Assembly (NCBI RefSeq): GCF_001194135.2
Contig: NC_068998.1
Location: 40,087,552-40,151,551 of the forward strand
Source of the DNA: Octopus bimaculoides
Taxonomy: Eukaryota
DNA length: 64,000 nt
Direction of reading: 5' to 3'
Shown here: positions 39,104 through 50,612 of the stretch, piece after piece
How positions within the stretch are numbered: the stretch's first letter is position 1
Layout: every line of letters begins with the position of its first letter
The notes under the pieces: model-generated
Told to the model about the DNA's origin: nothing
The model's database searches: none
Seen by the model: only the letters and a program-made list of their open reading frames with translations
Program-made: the position numbers and the translations under genes

Positions 39104-40696
39104 TTAAATTTATATTTTTATATTTACTGCTCTAAGTATGTTAAAAAAACAATCCAAAGCTACTATTTTCAAGTTAGTATGATTTGGTAGCAAGTAACAT
39201 CCTTTTGGTAATTCTTTTATGTCTCTGTACCATATTTTCTGGCATACAAGTAGATATAAGCATATAGTCTACATTCAAACATCATCACTATAATTCCAAA
39301 TCCTGCTGCATTTCACATGGAATTATGGTCCTCCAAAGTTGCCTCATCTACTAAGTTGACCTACCTTTTTTTAACTGTAACTTTTGATCTGGAAAATTCA
39401 ACTTCTATGTCAGAAAATATAGTAGTTGCCACCTTCTCATGTGAATGACATCTCTAAATGATATATTCTATAACTATATTCTATATTCAGTGATATATTC
39501 TATAACTGATGTAAATTTTGAATTAATGCTCATGAAGCTGGTTTTTAGAAAAGTCATTTTTCAGTGATCCTGAATAAAAGCACAAATTTTCTTATCTTTG
39601 TTTGATTGATTAGCAAAAGTAAGTTTCCAGTACTGTCTCTAAATCAAGTGATTAGCAAGAAGGAGGGCAACTAGCTATAGAAACATTTGATTTAGTATTT
39701 GTTAATAAGGAAAATTCATTATAGTCTCTCAACCAGATAGAAGAAATTGTAGCCAAGTTACTCTTATTTTAAAACTGAAATTATATATATATATATATAT
39801 ATACAGGTAATGTAGTCCTTGTTACAGTATATTTGAAAAAAAGATGAAATGGTCATGGTTTGAGTGCTTCTGACTATAAGTCTACTTATTCAGAGCTGGC
39901 CTGGTACTAAACAACATATGATTGAGTAAAAATAATCCCTAAAAGGCAAATGATGGAAATGTGTGTTTGTGTGTGTGAGAGAGAGAGAAAGAGAGATAGA
40001 TAGATAGATAGACAGATAGATAGATAGAGAGAGGGAGAGAGAGAGAGGATGCATGATGTACTATATGGAAAGTTGCAGGATACCCAACCAAGAAGTCAGT
40101 GGTTTGTACCTATCGATAGCACTGCATTGTTTCTGTTGCCTGAACATTATATATCTTAAACAATCTGGCCAGATTTGTCTTCAGTACTTACTCATGATAA
40201 ATTAATATTGGTTATTAACTAATTGTATTTTTCCTGTCATATTGATCCAATCTTATGTTGACTTTTTAACATTCTAATCTTTAAATATACTTTCTCCTAC
40301 TTAATTGTTAATTAACATGTGGGTGGGTGGTATCTTTGAATAATTTATTTTTTCATTAATTGTCTTAGTTTGTGCCAATGAATTTACATTTCTGTATGGC
40401 TCCTTAATAATTTGATCGCTAATACTTTAATAGGTTACATTAAGTTTACACCATTACTAATGAGTTCCGCCAGGAATGAAATGTGTTCTCACAGTTGTCT
40501 CCTCATACTTATTGAGGAATATATGATATTGGTTACTAACAAGGGCTGATGATCATTTGTCTGAAATCTTGACATGACAAAACTTCTAAAATTCCTAATT
40601 CTTTTTTAAGTGAGAGAAGTACCACAAATGGAAGATTTCAGAAAGAACTTGGAAGGTTCCTAAGCAATGAACAGCTGTTACAGGCTTATTTCTAAA

Positions 40697-40782
<86 letters not shown>

Positions 40783-40899
40783 CTTGTATCATGTGACACT
40801 ATGGACTGTTATCTGGAAAGTTCCTCTCTAAAGTGCAGAGGTATTTTTTTGATATCCTGCACCTCAGGGCATCAAAAAATACCCTGCGCCTCAGATTAA

Positions 40900-41480
40900 C
40901 AGCTGTTTGTGCGTAGAAATCTCCACTCTACAAGCCACTCATGTTGTTTAAGAGAAAGGCTGCTTGGCAGAATGCAAAGAATCTGAACAGATACTATAAG
41001 ACTTTCCATTCATTTTACCAATCTTTAACCATTCCACTAACCATTTCCCTTATCTCCCCAACCACCACACAAATATATGATTGTGTTCACATTCTTAAAG
41101 TATTGTTTAAATTTATATCATGCAAAAACCTCTCAACTGCTTCTCAGTGGTCTGTTTGTGTGCACAGTCTGTGACAGACCATGCCTTTCTTTTGCTGGGC
41201 TCAAATCTCATATGAGGACCCATGGAAAATGAACCTCCTCCAACTATTCTGCCTATATATCTGTGCACACCTTTCAGTGCCATGTATGCCATAAAGTCTG
41301 CAAATCTGACGGAGGCCTGAAAAGACATTTTAAGATCCACAAAGATGGTCCAAATCAGATAAGCAATCTGTGTCTTTTCAATACATTGTCTGGTTTAAAA
41401 AGCCACATCAGACACTATGATGGATCTAAGGTGTAAGTGCACAAGGTGGTCGGACACTGCATAAGGAGTAGACAACCATC
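40900..41480 (+). mobile_element. LINE 3' end (probably RTE-type) with C-terminal C2H2 zinc fingers and a (TG)n tail
   Basis: FVCTVCDRPCLSFAGLKSHMRTH (41155-41223), TGA stop, FQCHVCHKVCKSDGGLKRHFKIH (41272-41340), third remnant TLSGLKSHIRH; short UTR ending caaccatc+(TG)n, duplicated. The fingers are directly visible; LINE origin is inferred. Confidence 0.65.
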
Positions 41481-41536
41481 ATGTGTGTGTGTGTGTGTGT
41501 GTGTAGGCAACCATCATATATATGTGTGTGTGTGTA

Positions 41537-41576
<40 letters not shown>

Positions 41577-42191
41577 TGGATATATGTGTGTGTGTGTTTA
41601 TATATATATGTGTGTGTGTATATATGTGCGTGTGTGGATATGTGTGTGTATGTTTGTGTGTGTTTATATATGTATGTATGTGTGTATATGTATGTGTGTG
41701 TATATATATGTATGTGCGTGTGTATACATATATGTATACACATACATAAACCTAAGCTATGGCACCAGTAGGTGGTTTGATATGTCATATTGCTGTTACA
41801 TATGTTATTTTGTGTTTTCTGATTTGTGTCTGTGTTCGACTTAGACAGTCTGGTATCATTTGTCATATTTTAATGAGGGAAACATCATATATGATGTAAA
41901 CTGTAACTATGATAGATTTAATGTAATTAAAAAGCCTTCATTCTGAAACTTGAATCAAATGTGAATATGGTTTGTTGTTCTCTTTGCACACAGTAGAATA
42001 AGAGATTGACCTAGCATGTTTCATCCTTTGTTAATCACTCATTAGAGGATAAGTATGCCTTCATCCTTCTACCTGCGAAGATGATTTCTTGGAAATTACT
42101 ATTTAAATTAAATTAAACACTAGCCAAAGCTTGGCAGAAATGGCTAAACTTATTCACATACCGCACATTCAACAGTGGTGCATTTAAATGA

Positions 42192-42279
<88 letters not shown>

Positions 42280-42282
<3 letters not shown>

Positions 42283-42460
42283 GTGGCACATAAAAGCACC
42301 CTCAACACTCTCGAAGTGGTTGGCATTAGGAAGGGCATTCAGCTGTAGAAACCTTGCCAAATCAGATTGGAGCCTGGTACAGTCTCCTGGCTTGCCAGTT
42401 CTCAGTCAAACTATCCAACCCATGCCAGCATGGAAAGCAGACATTAAATAATGATGATAG
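42280..42460 (+). mobile_element. SINE family B 3' half after a long (TA)n
   Basis: gtggttggcattaggaagggcattcagctgtagaaacc..catgccagcatggaaagcagacattaaataatgatga. Confidence 0.75.
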
Positions 42461-42974
42461 GCATAATATAGCATTTATTAGCAACCTAAGATAAATTTCA
42501 AATAATTAAACTGAATTTGTTTTGAAGTCATTTGCTATGAAGCTTTAATTAGATGCAATACTGTTTTATTCTCTTTTCTCATTAAAAATTAAGGAAATTG
42601 CATTTTTATTTTTGTGTGTGGTCAGAGAACAGTGATGTGTGTTTACATCCGATTCTTTTGGTTTTTTTTTGTTTTGAAGTTTTGTGTCATTAGGTTTAAA
42701 TAAAGAAAACTGCAGGTTAGCTACTCTAAATTTATTTTATTCCATATGTTATTTTATGGAAGTGTGTAGCAGTTTTATATAAATCAATAATTGATAAATG
42801 TACTTTGGAATGCACACCTAAGTTTCATATAACCAACTTCATACTGAGATAACTGTACTTGGTATAGTTTGAAGTTTTAGTATTAGTTTCAGATTATAGG
42901 TACCGCACATACACACTATCCATCTATACATGCAGAGATACATGCATACATACACATTATTATTTAAATCATTA

Positions 42975-43360
42975 GCCACACACTGTGTGGTCAGAAGTTT
43001 GCTTCCCAACAACATGGTCTTGGGTTCATTCCCACTGCATGGTACTTTGAGCAAGTGTCTTCTTCTATAGCTAACCAAAGCCTTGTCACTGGATTTGGTA
43101 GATGTAAAGTGAGAGAAATCTGATTGTGTGTGTGTGTGTGTTATTGTCTCCTTGTTTTGATTTCATGCAATAGTTGTAAAAGGATGTCACTATCATGCAA
43201 GTAGTGTCCTCCATTCCCAGTATTATTAGCTTGCTCGGAAACTGATGAGGGTTGATGACAGGAAGAGCATCCAGTTGTTGAAAGTCTGTCTCAGCAAATT
43301 CTGTCTGATCCTTGCAAGTATGGAAAGGTGGATGTTAGATAATGATGATGATCATCATCA
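42975..43360 (+). mobile_element. SINE family A fragment followed by a family B-type tail
   Basis: gggttcattcccactgcatggtactttgagcaagtg; ggaagagcatccag..tggatgttagataatgatg. Confidence 0.6.
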
Positions 43361-44461
43361 TCACTGCTTTGCTCTAAATTCATGCTGTAGAGAGGAACAG
43401 TACTTTAGATGTATTAAATCTGTCTTTCTGTTAACAGGTATCATGAGTAGGTACAATTCACTACACCTAGTCCCTCTAGCCATAAAAAGGCAATTTGAGA
43501 AGGTCAATTTTACTAGTATATGCAGTTGTAGCAATATATGATTGATTATTTATTTTGCTATGATTGCTTCAAATCTTCTCGCAGGCTAAAGTCTATGACA
43601 GGTTCTTGCTATCCAGTGGAATGGTACATTGCTTCACCACTTGATATTTTTTATATTGGGATAAGCCCCAACACTTTGCAACAACATCTAGTAAGATCAG
43701 TAGACATAAAGAACAACAACAACAATGGTGTGTTTAGCCTTAGGTCAACTATGACCAACATTCTAGACATGGCCACTCCATCTTTTTCACAGTATCTGTC
43801 ATTCCTTTCCTGAACTTAATAGGGTTTAATCTGTGGCTGTGGTAATGATAGTAGTTGGGATGATGGTAGTTGTCATGGTGTCAGTGGTCATTGGAATAAT
43901 AGAGGTAATAGTGATGATGATGATGATGATGATGATGATGCAGTGATGAAGGTGATAGTATTGGGAGTGACATCAGTGGTAGAGAGGTCTACTGGTGCAT
44001 ATGCTTGTAATGGTTGCAGCAATGATAGTGGCCATGTTGGAGGACTAATATTGGTAGTAACGATAGTTGTAGTAATGGTTTGCTGCTCATAGTAGTGGTC
44101 TTCATCTTCATAGTGTGGTGGTAATGACATAATAGCATCGGTTATGGTAATGCTGGTTTTTGTGGTAAACATCACGATGTTGGTGATGATGACGATGATG
44201 ATGGAGAGACAGAGAAAGACAGATAGCCTGATACAGTCAGTTTTATATTAATCTCAGTTTCTACTAAACACCTTCCACCCTCCACCCCATCTACGCCCCA
44301 CCCTTCTTGTTCCAGCCATTTAGCTTTCCTTCTTTGAAGCAATTGAGAGTGAATTTTTATTTTACACATGAATTGGATTTCCGTATGCAAAGTGTTTCAT
44401 CTTCAGCGATTTTCGACATTTTTTTTTTATGTTTTGCATTTTATTATTGTTTATTATTGTT

Positions 44462-44482
44462 TACTATTATTATTATCATTAC

Positions 44483-44524
<42 letters not shown>
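44462..44524. repeat. (TTA)n microsatellite
   Basis: Read directly; source of the poly-I/L ORFs. Confidence 0.9.
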
Positions 44525-44525
<1 letters not shown>

Positions 44526-44864
44526 TGAGGGAAAAAAAACCCCCAACTTAAATCAAATAAAGCTAATGGTCTAATTTTATTTTCTTTGGGAAATATTTGC
44601 AATATTAAATCTAATTTGATTTGTATTGTCTTCACTGTTTCTAAAGCGATATACTTGAAATCATCGTCTGCTGCAGCCGTGTTGTGCAGACCCCGGATGT
44701 GTGTTGATTGTAGTGCTAATGGTAGTAGAAAATACAAATTAGCTGTAGTTTATATCTATACGCAAACATACACACACATTGAGACACTTATGTCTGTGGG
44801 TGTGTGTGTGTATGTATATATGTGTGTGTGTGTATATATGTGTGTGTATGTATACATATATATG

Positions 44865-44908
<44 letters not shown>

Positions 44909-45186
44909 NNNNNNNNNNNNNNNNNNNNNNNNNNNNNNNNNNNNNNNNNNNNNNNNNNNNNNNNNNNNNNNNNNNNNNNNNNNNNNNNNNNNNNNNNNNN
45001 NNNNNNNNNNNNNNNNNNNNNNNNNNNNNNNNNNNNNNNNNNNNNNNNNNNNNNNNNNNNNNNNNNNNNNNNNNNNNNNNNNNNNNNNNNNNNNNNNNNN
45101 NNNNNNNNNNNNNNNNNNNNNNNNNNNNNNNNNNNNNNNNNNNNNNNNNNNNNNNNNNNNNNNNNNNNNNNNNNNNNNNNNNNNNN

Positions 45187-45246
<60 letters not shown>

Positions 45247-46539
45247 CACATACACATATATTTATATGTATGTATATACACGTGTGTATATATTTCTTTG
45301 TGAGTTAGTGGTTGAGAAACCAACTGAGGGATAGTACCTATCCAATATACTGCTGGTAGTGTACCCAATTATTCATACCCAAGTGCTAGTTATTGCATGG
45401 CAATCTCACAATTGAGTATTATATATGAGCAGGGTTAAAGAGTGGTTTACCCTTGATTTATACGGCAAATAAGAAAGTGGAGAGGATATAAAATCAACAG
45501 ACATCAGCTGGTAAACATTCCAGTATATCTATTTATTCAAATGTATTGGATGAATACGCACACATGTATTAGTGGTGTAGAAAAAGTTGGTAATTGCATA
45601 AACAAGGGTGTGGAAGCATATAAGCATATAGAAACAATTGAGCAAATGAGCAGATTGTCAATAAAACCAAATGGGTGTTCAGGTGCTAGTTCCTTACGGC
45701 CGTTTCTGCCAAGAGGCAATGAAAATTTCCAGGTTATCTCCATCTCTTCAGTGTTATGCAGGGATGAGCAGATAAGGCTTGGATAATGAATGTGCCCCTA
45801 GGCTTCTTCAGAGAATCTAAGTGGTGGTGGTGGTGGTAGTGGTGGGGGTTAACACATATAAAAGCTAGTTAATAATAGCTACAGTGTGTTTGTCTTTTTT
45901 TAAATAGAGTAAAAAAAGAATAATAGTAAGAATAAGAACAATCACAAGACTACAAGTGAAGTACATCATAGTATAATGATTTGGGCATAGCAAGGGGAAA
46001 TAAGATACAGACATCCTGTGATGTATTATAAGATCCATGTTATTTCATCTAGTGGTGGATAGGTGAATACAGTTGTTCTCAGGAGGAGTTTTTTCAGGAA
46101 ATGTAATTTTAGGCAGTAGTTCACATTATGTTTCCATAGAACTTCAGTGGTGGGTTTGATGGTATGGTCCGTGTTACAGAGGTGAAAGTTTATATGTAAA
46201 ATGCCAGTTAGTAAGTGTAACATTGCAGAGGGTATGGCATAAGCAACTTATGATGAACCCATCTTGGGAAATTTGGTACATGAGTGTATCAATGAGAGAA
46301 AGGAACCAGGATAGGCCAAAGTACTATGTTGGTGTTTGTTACTTTTTTGCCGGCAAGAAAGTAGCATGCGCTCTTAACCATTACGCTATATGCCTGTGGG
46401 CATAATAATATTACCACATGTTCTCAATTTCTATGTCATCATATGTCATCCTGAACAAGTGCGTTCAACTGTTGCCTCAGACTGATCAATGCCTTGTAAG
46501 TGAAAATGGTACTTTGAAATTGTAGTATGGAAGCTCTTC

Positions 46540-46599
<60 letters not shown>

Positions 46600-46999
46600 T
46601 TGTGCACTTATAATCTACAGCCTTTCTTGAAAAGTATTAAGTAAAAATTTGTTATGGTTGTTAGCATTCCCTGCTAACAAATTATTCCAAAGCTTTGCCC
46701 CATAAGCAAGAAGTGGAATGAAAAAATCTCTTACTTGAAAAACTAGTAAGCTTTAGTGACATTAAAAATAACAAATAACAAAACAACAAAAGAATGTACA
46801 CATAGAATGTGTTAGCTTCATGCTCAGTAAAGGTGAAAAAAAAGTAGGTTTTTAATGTTTTGAGCATAACTCTTTGTCAGAAAGAGAAGAAAGTAAAGGC
46901 CCAGAGAAGAAAAAGATCAGGAAATGCATATGTGTAGTGACATATGTATATATATTTATATACATAAACATACACACATACATATATCTCTATCTATCT

Positions 47000-47018
47000 G
47001 TCTATGTATGTATGTATG

Positions 47019-47095
<77 letters not shown>

Positions 47096-47100
47096 GTCTA
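47000..47100. repeat. (TATC)n microsatellite
   Basis: Read directly. Confidence 0.95.
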
Positions 47101-47216
47101 GCTAGCTATCAATAGACAGATAGATAGATACATGTATCTTTGTGTATATAAATATATATGCATATAAGAAATTAAATAATTGACGAGGGAATAAGAAATT
47201 ATGTCATGAAATTCAT

Positions 47217-47299
47217 TAGCTTACAACTGTTTCTACTATAAGATTCAATGCACTCATATTTGTGTGCTTGCATATCACTTTATAGCTTCATCAGAGGTT
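47217..47299 (-). ncRNA. Degraded type I hammerhead-like motif with a 54-nt stem II
   Basis: Minus: aaccu CUGAUGA [54 nt; gcuauaaag/cuuauagu base helix] GAAAC AGUU GUA agcua. Stem I only partly paired. Confidence 0.45.
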
Positions 47300-47437
47300 C
47301 AATGATGAAGTGCAATTTTATTTGAGAAAGCATTTACATTTCTATATATACACAGAAAGCATTACCATTGAAATAGTATAAACATATGTAGGAAATGAAG
47401 TAAGGAGTTTTTTTTTTCTGTTTTCTATATAACGCAT

Positions 47438-47534
<97 letters not shown>

Positions 47535-47536
<2 letters not shown>

Positions 47537-47685
47537 CGTGCATGTGGCTTCTGTATGGTTTCCATCTATTAATTTCATTCACAAGGTCTTGGCCATCATA
47601 AGTCTATTGTAGAAGCAGCTTGCCCAAGACGTCATATTGTGCAATTGAACCCAGAGTGGTTTCACAGTGAGCTTCTTTACTACAC
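47535..47685 (-). mobile_element. SINE family A fragment next to (CA)n
   Basis: gtagaagcagcttgcccaagacg..aattgaacccaga. Confidence 0.55.
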
Positions 47686-48088
47686 CTGCATATATATCAC
47701 CTCTCTCTCTCTCTCTCTTTATATATTTATCTCTCAGTCTAGCTGTTTGTTTATCTATCTATCTATCTATATGTATATTTATACATAAATACATGTGTGT
47801 GTGTATGTGTGTTTCCATGTGCGTGTTTCAAGTGCATGCTAATACATCGTCACTAAATTCATTGGAATGTGTTAAACCTGCAGAGTAATTACATCAATAA
47901 ACATCAAAAGTTTTTATTTGCAGAGTAAATACATCGCATTTCATTAACAATATAAAAGAACATCTGAAAACAAACATTATTAATATTAAAATTCACTCAA
48001 AATTATACATATATATATGTGTATGTATGTGTATATATGTATATACATGTATGTGCGTGTATATATGTATATACATGTATGTGCGTGT

Positions 48089-48132
<44 letters not shown>

Positions 48133-48367
48133 CATATACTTATGTATATATGTGTTTGCATGTGTGTNNNNNNNNNNATGTATATATGTGTTTGCATGTG
48201 TGTGTATATATATATATATATATTATACATATACTTATGTATATATGTGTTTGCATGTGTGTATATATATATATATATATACATATACTCATATGTATAT
48301 ATGTGTATGCATGTGTGTGTATATATGTATATGATAATATATTTACAAATATATATTTCTCTCTCTT

Positions 48368-48442
<75 letters not shown>

Positions 48443-48924
48443 GAAAAACAAATCAAAGTTACTTTTAAAAAATTGACTTAAAAAAAAAATAATGCAGTTA
48501 AAAGATAACACTATTTTAAATTGGAGGAAGAAAGAAACATCTTAATAATGAGCAACGCTTCTCAAGTATTCCATTATTTTATGGTTTTGATATTCATTTG
48601 ACGTTTTTATATTTCTTTTTGCAAACGAATGATGAAGCATTTCTGCACTCTTGATATACTGTTCAATTATTTCTTCATTTCTTGACTACTGCTTTTTCTT
48701 AGATTGCTAAAAATTTCCAAATCGAAGGATGGAATATTGTGTCTTTCTATAAATATTTAGTGATGTATACTTTTTTTGCAAATAAAAAGCATGCCGATGG
48801 ATTAAGCAACAATGAATATATGGCATGACAGATTTACCAAAGATGTATTTTGGTTGTCAAGGAAATGCATGACAATGTAAATTACCCACAAAGAATTTAC
48901 CACAAAATAAATAATAATAATAAT

Positions 48925-49390
48925 AATCCTTTCTACTATAGGTACAAGCCTGAAATTTGAGGGGAGGGGGATAGTCAATCACATCAACTCCAGTACTTGA
49001 CTGGTACTTAATTTATCAACCCAGAAAGGATGAAAGCAAAGTTGACCTTGGTAGAATTTGAAGTCGGAACCTAAGGAGAGACAAAATGTCGCTAAGCATT
49101 TTGCCTGAAGTGCTAACAAGTCTGCCATTAAATAATACTAATGATAATGATGATGAGGATGAGATGATGATGATGACACAAGGCCAGCAATTTTGAGGGA
49201 TGAGACAAGTTGATTATCAATGGCAGTGTTCAACTGGAACTTATTTTATTGACCCTAAAACAATGAAAGGCAAAGCCGACCTTGGCAGAATTTGAACTCT
49301 AACCATAAGGATGTACAAGATGCCACTAAGTATTTTGACCAGTGTGCTAACAACTCTGCCAATTCGCCTTACTACTACTACTACTACTAC

Positions 49391-49424
<34 letters not shown>

Positions 49425-50055
49425 CTTTTCAATTATAGGCAGAAGGCCTGAAATTTTTTGGGTGGTGGTGGGATCTTATTGATTATATTGACCACAATGT
49501 TCAACTGGTACTTGTTTTATTGAGCCCAGAAGTAGGGAAGACAAAGTCACTATTGAATTTGAACTCTGAACATAAAACTAGAAAAAATGCTACTAATCAT
49601 TTTGTTTTGACTCGCTAATGATTCTGCGAGCTTACTGCTTTTATGATGATGGCAGTGACGGTGAAACTGGGGGTGGGGATAATCGATTACATTGACTCCA
49701 GTGCTCAACTTGTACTTACTTCATTGACCTCGAAAGGGTGAAAGGCAAAATCGACCTCAGTGGAATTTGAATTCAGAATGTGAAGACAGACAAAATGCTA
49801 TGAAGCACTTTGTCCAGCATGTAATGGTCCTGCCAGTTCACCATCTTCGTAATAATGATAATAATAATGGTTTCAAATTGTGGCGCAAGACCAGCAGTTT
49901 TGAAGTGTTTAACTGGCACTTATTATACCGACCCTGAATGAATGAAAGACAAAGATGACCTCAGCAGCATTTGAACTCAGAACATAAAGACAGCTGGAAT
50001 GCCACTTAGCATTTTGCCTGGTATTCTAATGATTCTGCTGGTTCATCACCTTAAT
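48925..50055 (-). mobile_element. Array of five same-orientation family C SINEs separated by (AAT)/(GAT) tails
   Basis: The core gaaaggatgaaaggcaaagtcgacc..atttgaactcagaac recurs near 49025, 49260, 49540, 49740 and 49945. Confidence 0.85.
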
Positions 50056-50116
50056 AAAATAGTAATAAAATATACTATTTGTGTGAAAAATTCTAAATGT
50101 TAAATTTTTCTCTTAA

Positions 50117-50199
50117 TTCACCTGAAGAAAATGGTTTTGTCACATAATGTAATTGTTCTGTTCATCAATAAGGAACATATCTGAAACAGCTGTAGTGAA
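50117..50199 (+). ncRNA. Type I hammerhead ribozyme-like motif with intact core and a 54-nt stem II insert
   Basis: uucac CUGAAGA [54 nt] GAAAC AGCU GUA gugaa: perfect 5-bp stem I, palindromic ACAGCUGU stem III, GUA triplet. Confidence 0.65.
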
Positions 50200-50271
50200 C
50201 ATCAGCCCATCTCTGTTATTATATATATAGATAGATAGACAGACATACATGCACAAATAAGTCCAAGTTTA

Positions 50272-50420
50272 GGTGCTGGCATGGTTGTATAGTTAAAAAG
50301 TTTGCTTCTCAGCCATATGATTTCAAGTTCAGTCCACTGTGTAACACTTTACTTGAGTGTCTTCTCCTGTAGTGTGAGACCAACAAAAGCTTTCTGATTT
50401 GGTTGGTAGAAATTGAAAAG
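50272..50420 (+). mobile_element. SINE family A fragment
   Basis: ggcatggttgtatagttaaaaagtttgc..aagttcagtccactg. Confidence 0.55.
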
Positions 50421-50426
50421 AAGCTT

Positions 50427-50463
<37 letters not shown>

Positions 50464-50612
50464 TTGAAGACAGGAAGCATGTGGGCAAGTTATTAAAAAG
50501 GGTAATGCTAACAAGAACACTGCATGTCCTATCAAATAGCAAGTACAGATGTAAACAAACACAGATATGGGTCTTGAGCAAGAATTTTTTTTTCTTTGTA
50601 ACAATATATATG

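Noticed and set aside
40660-40915. Additional ACAGCTGT palindromes at ~40675 and ~40900 (also ~30908)
   Set aside because: They lack an adjacent GAAA and an upstream CUGANGA, so they were not counted as hammerheads.
43438-43700. Plus- and minus-strand exon candidates
   Set aside because: Open frames and splice signals occur on both strands and no protein is recognisable.
48126-48262. Duplicated 42-bp TA/TG-rich unit
   Set aside because: It straddles a 10-N gap in low-complexity DNA; probable assembly overlap.
12260-48476. Long ORFs rich in YI/HT/CV/ER/X runs in the ORF track
   Set aside because: They are translations of (TA)n, (CA)n and (GA)n microsatellites and N gaps (12290-12671, 13311-13572, 16074-16197, 20348-20514, 29396-29719, 33164-33266, 44909-45186 etc.).
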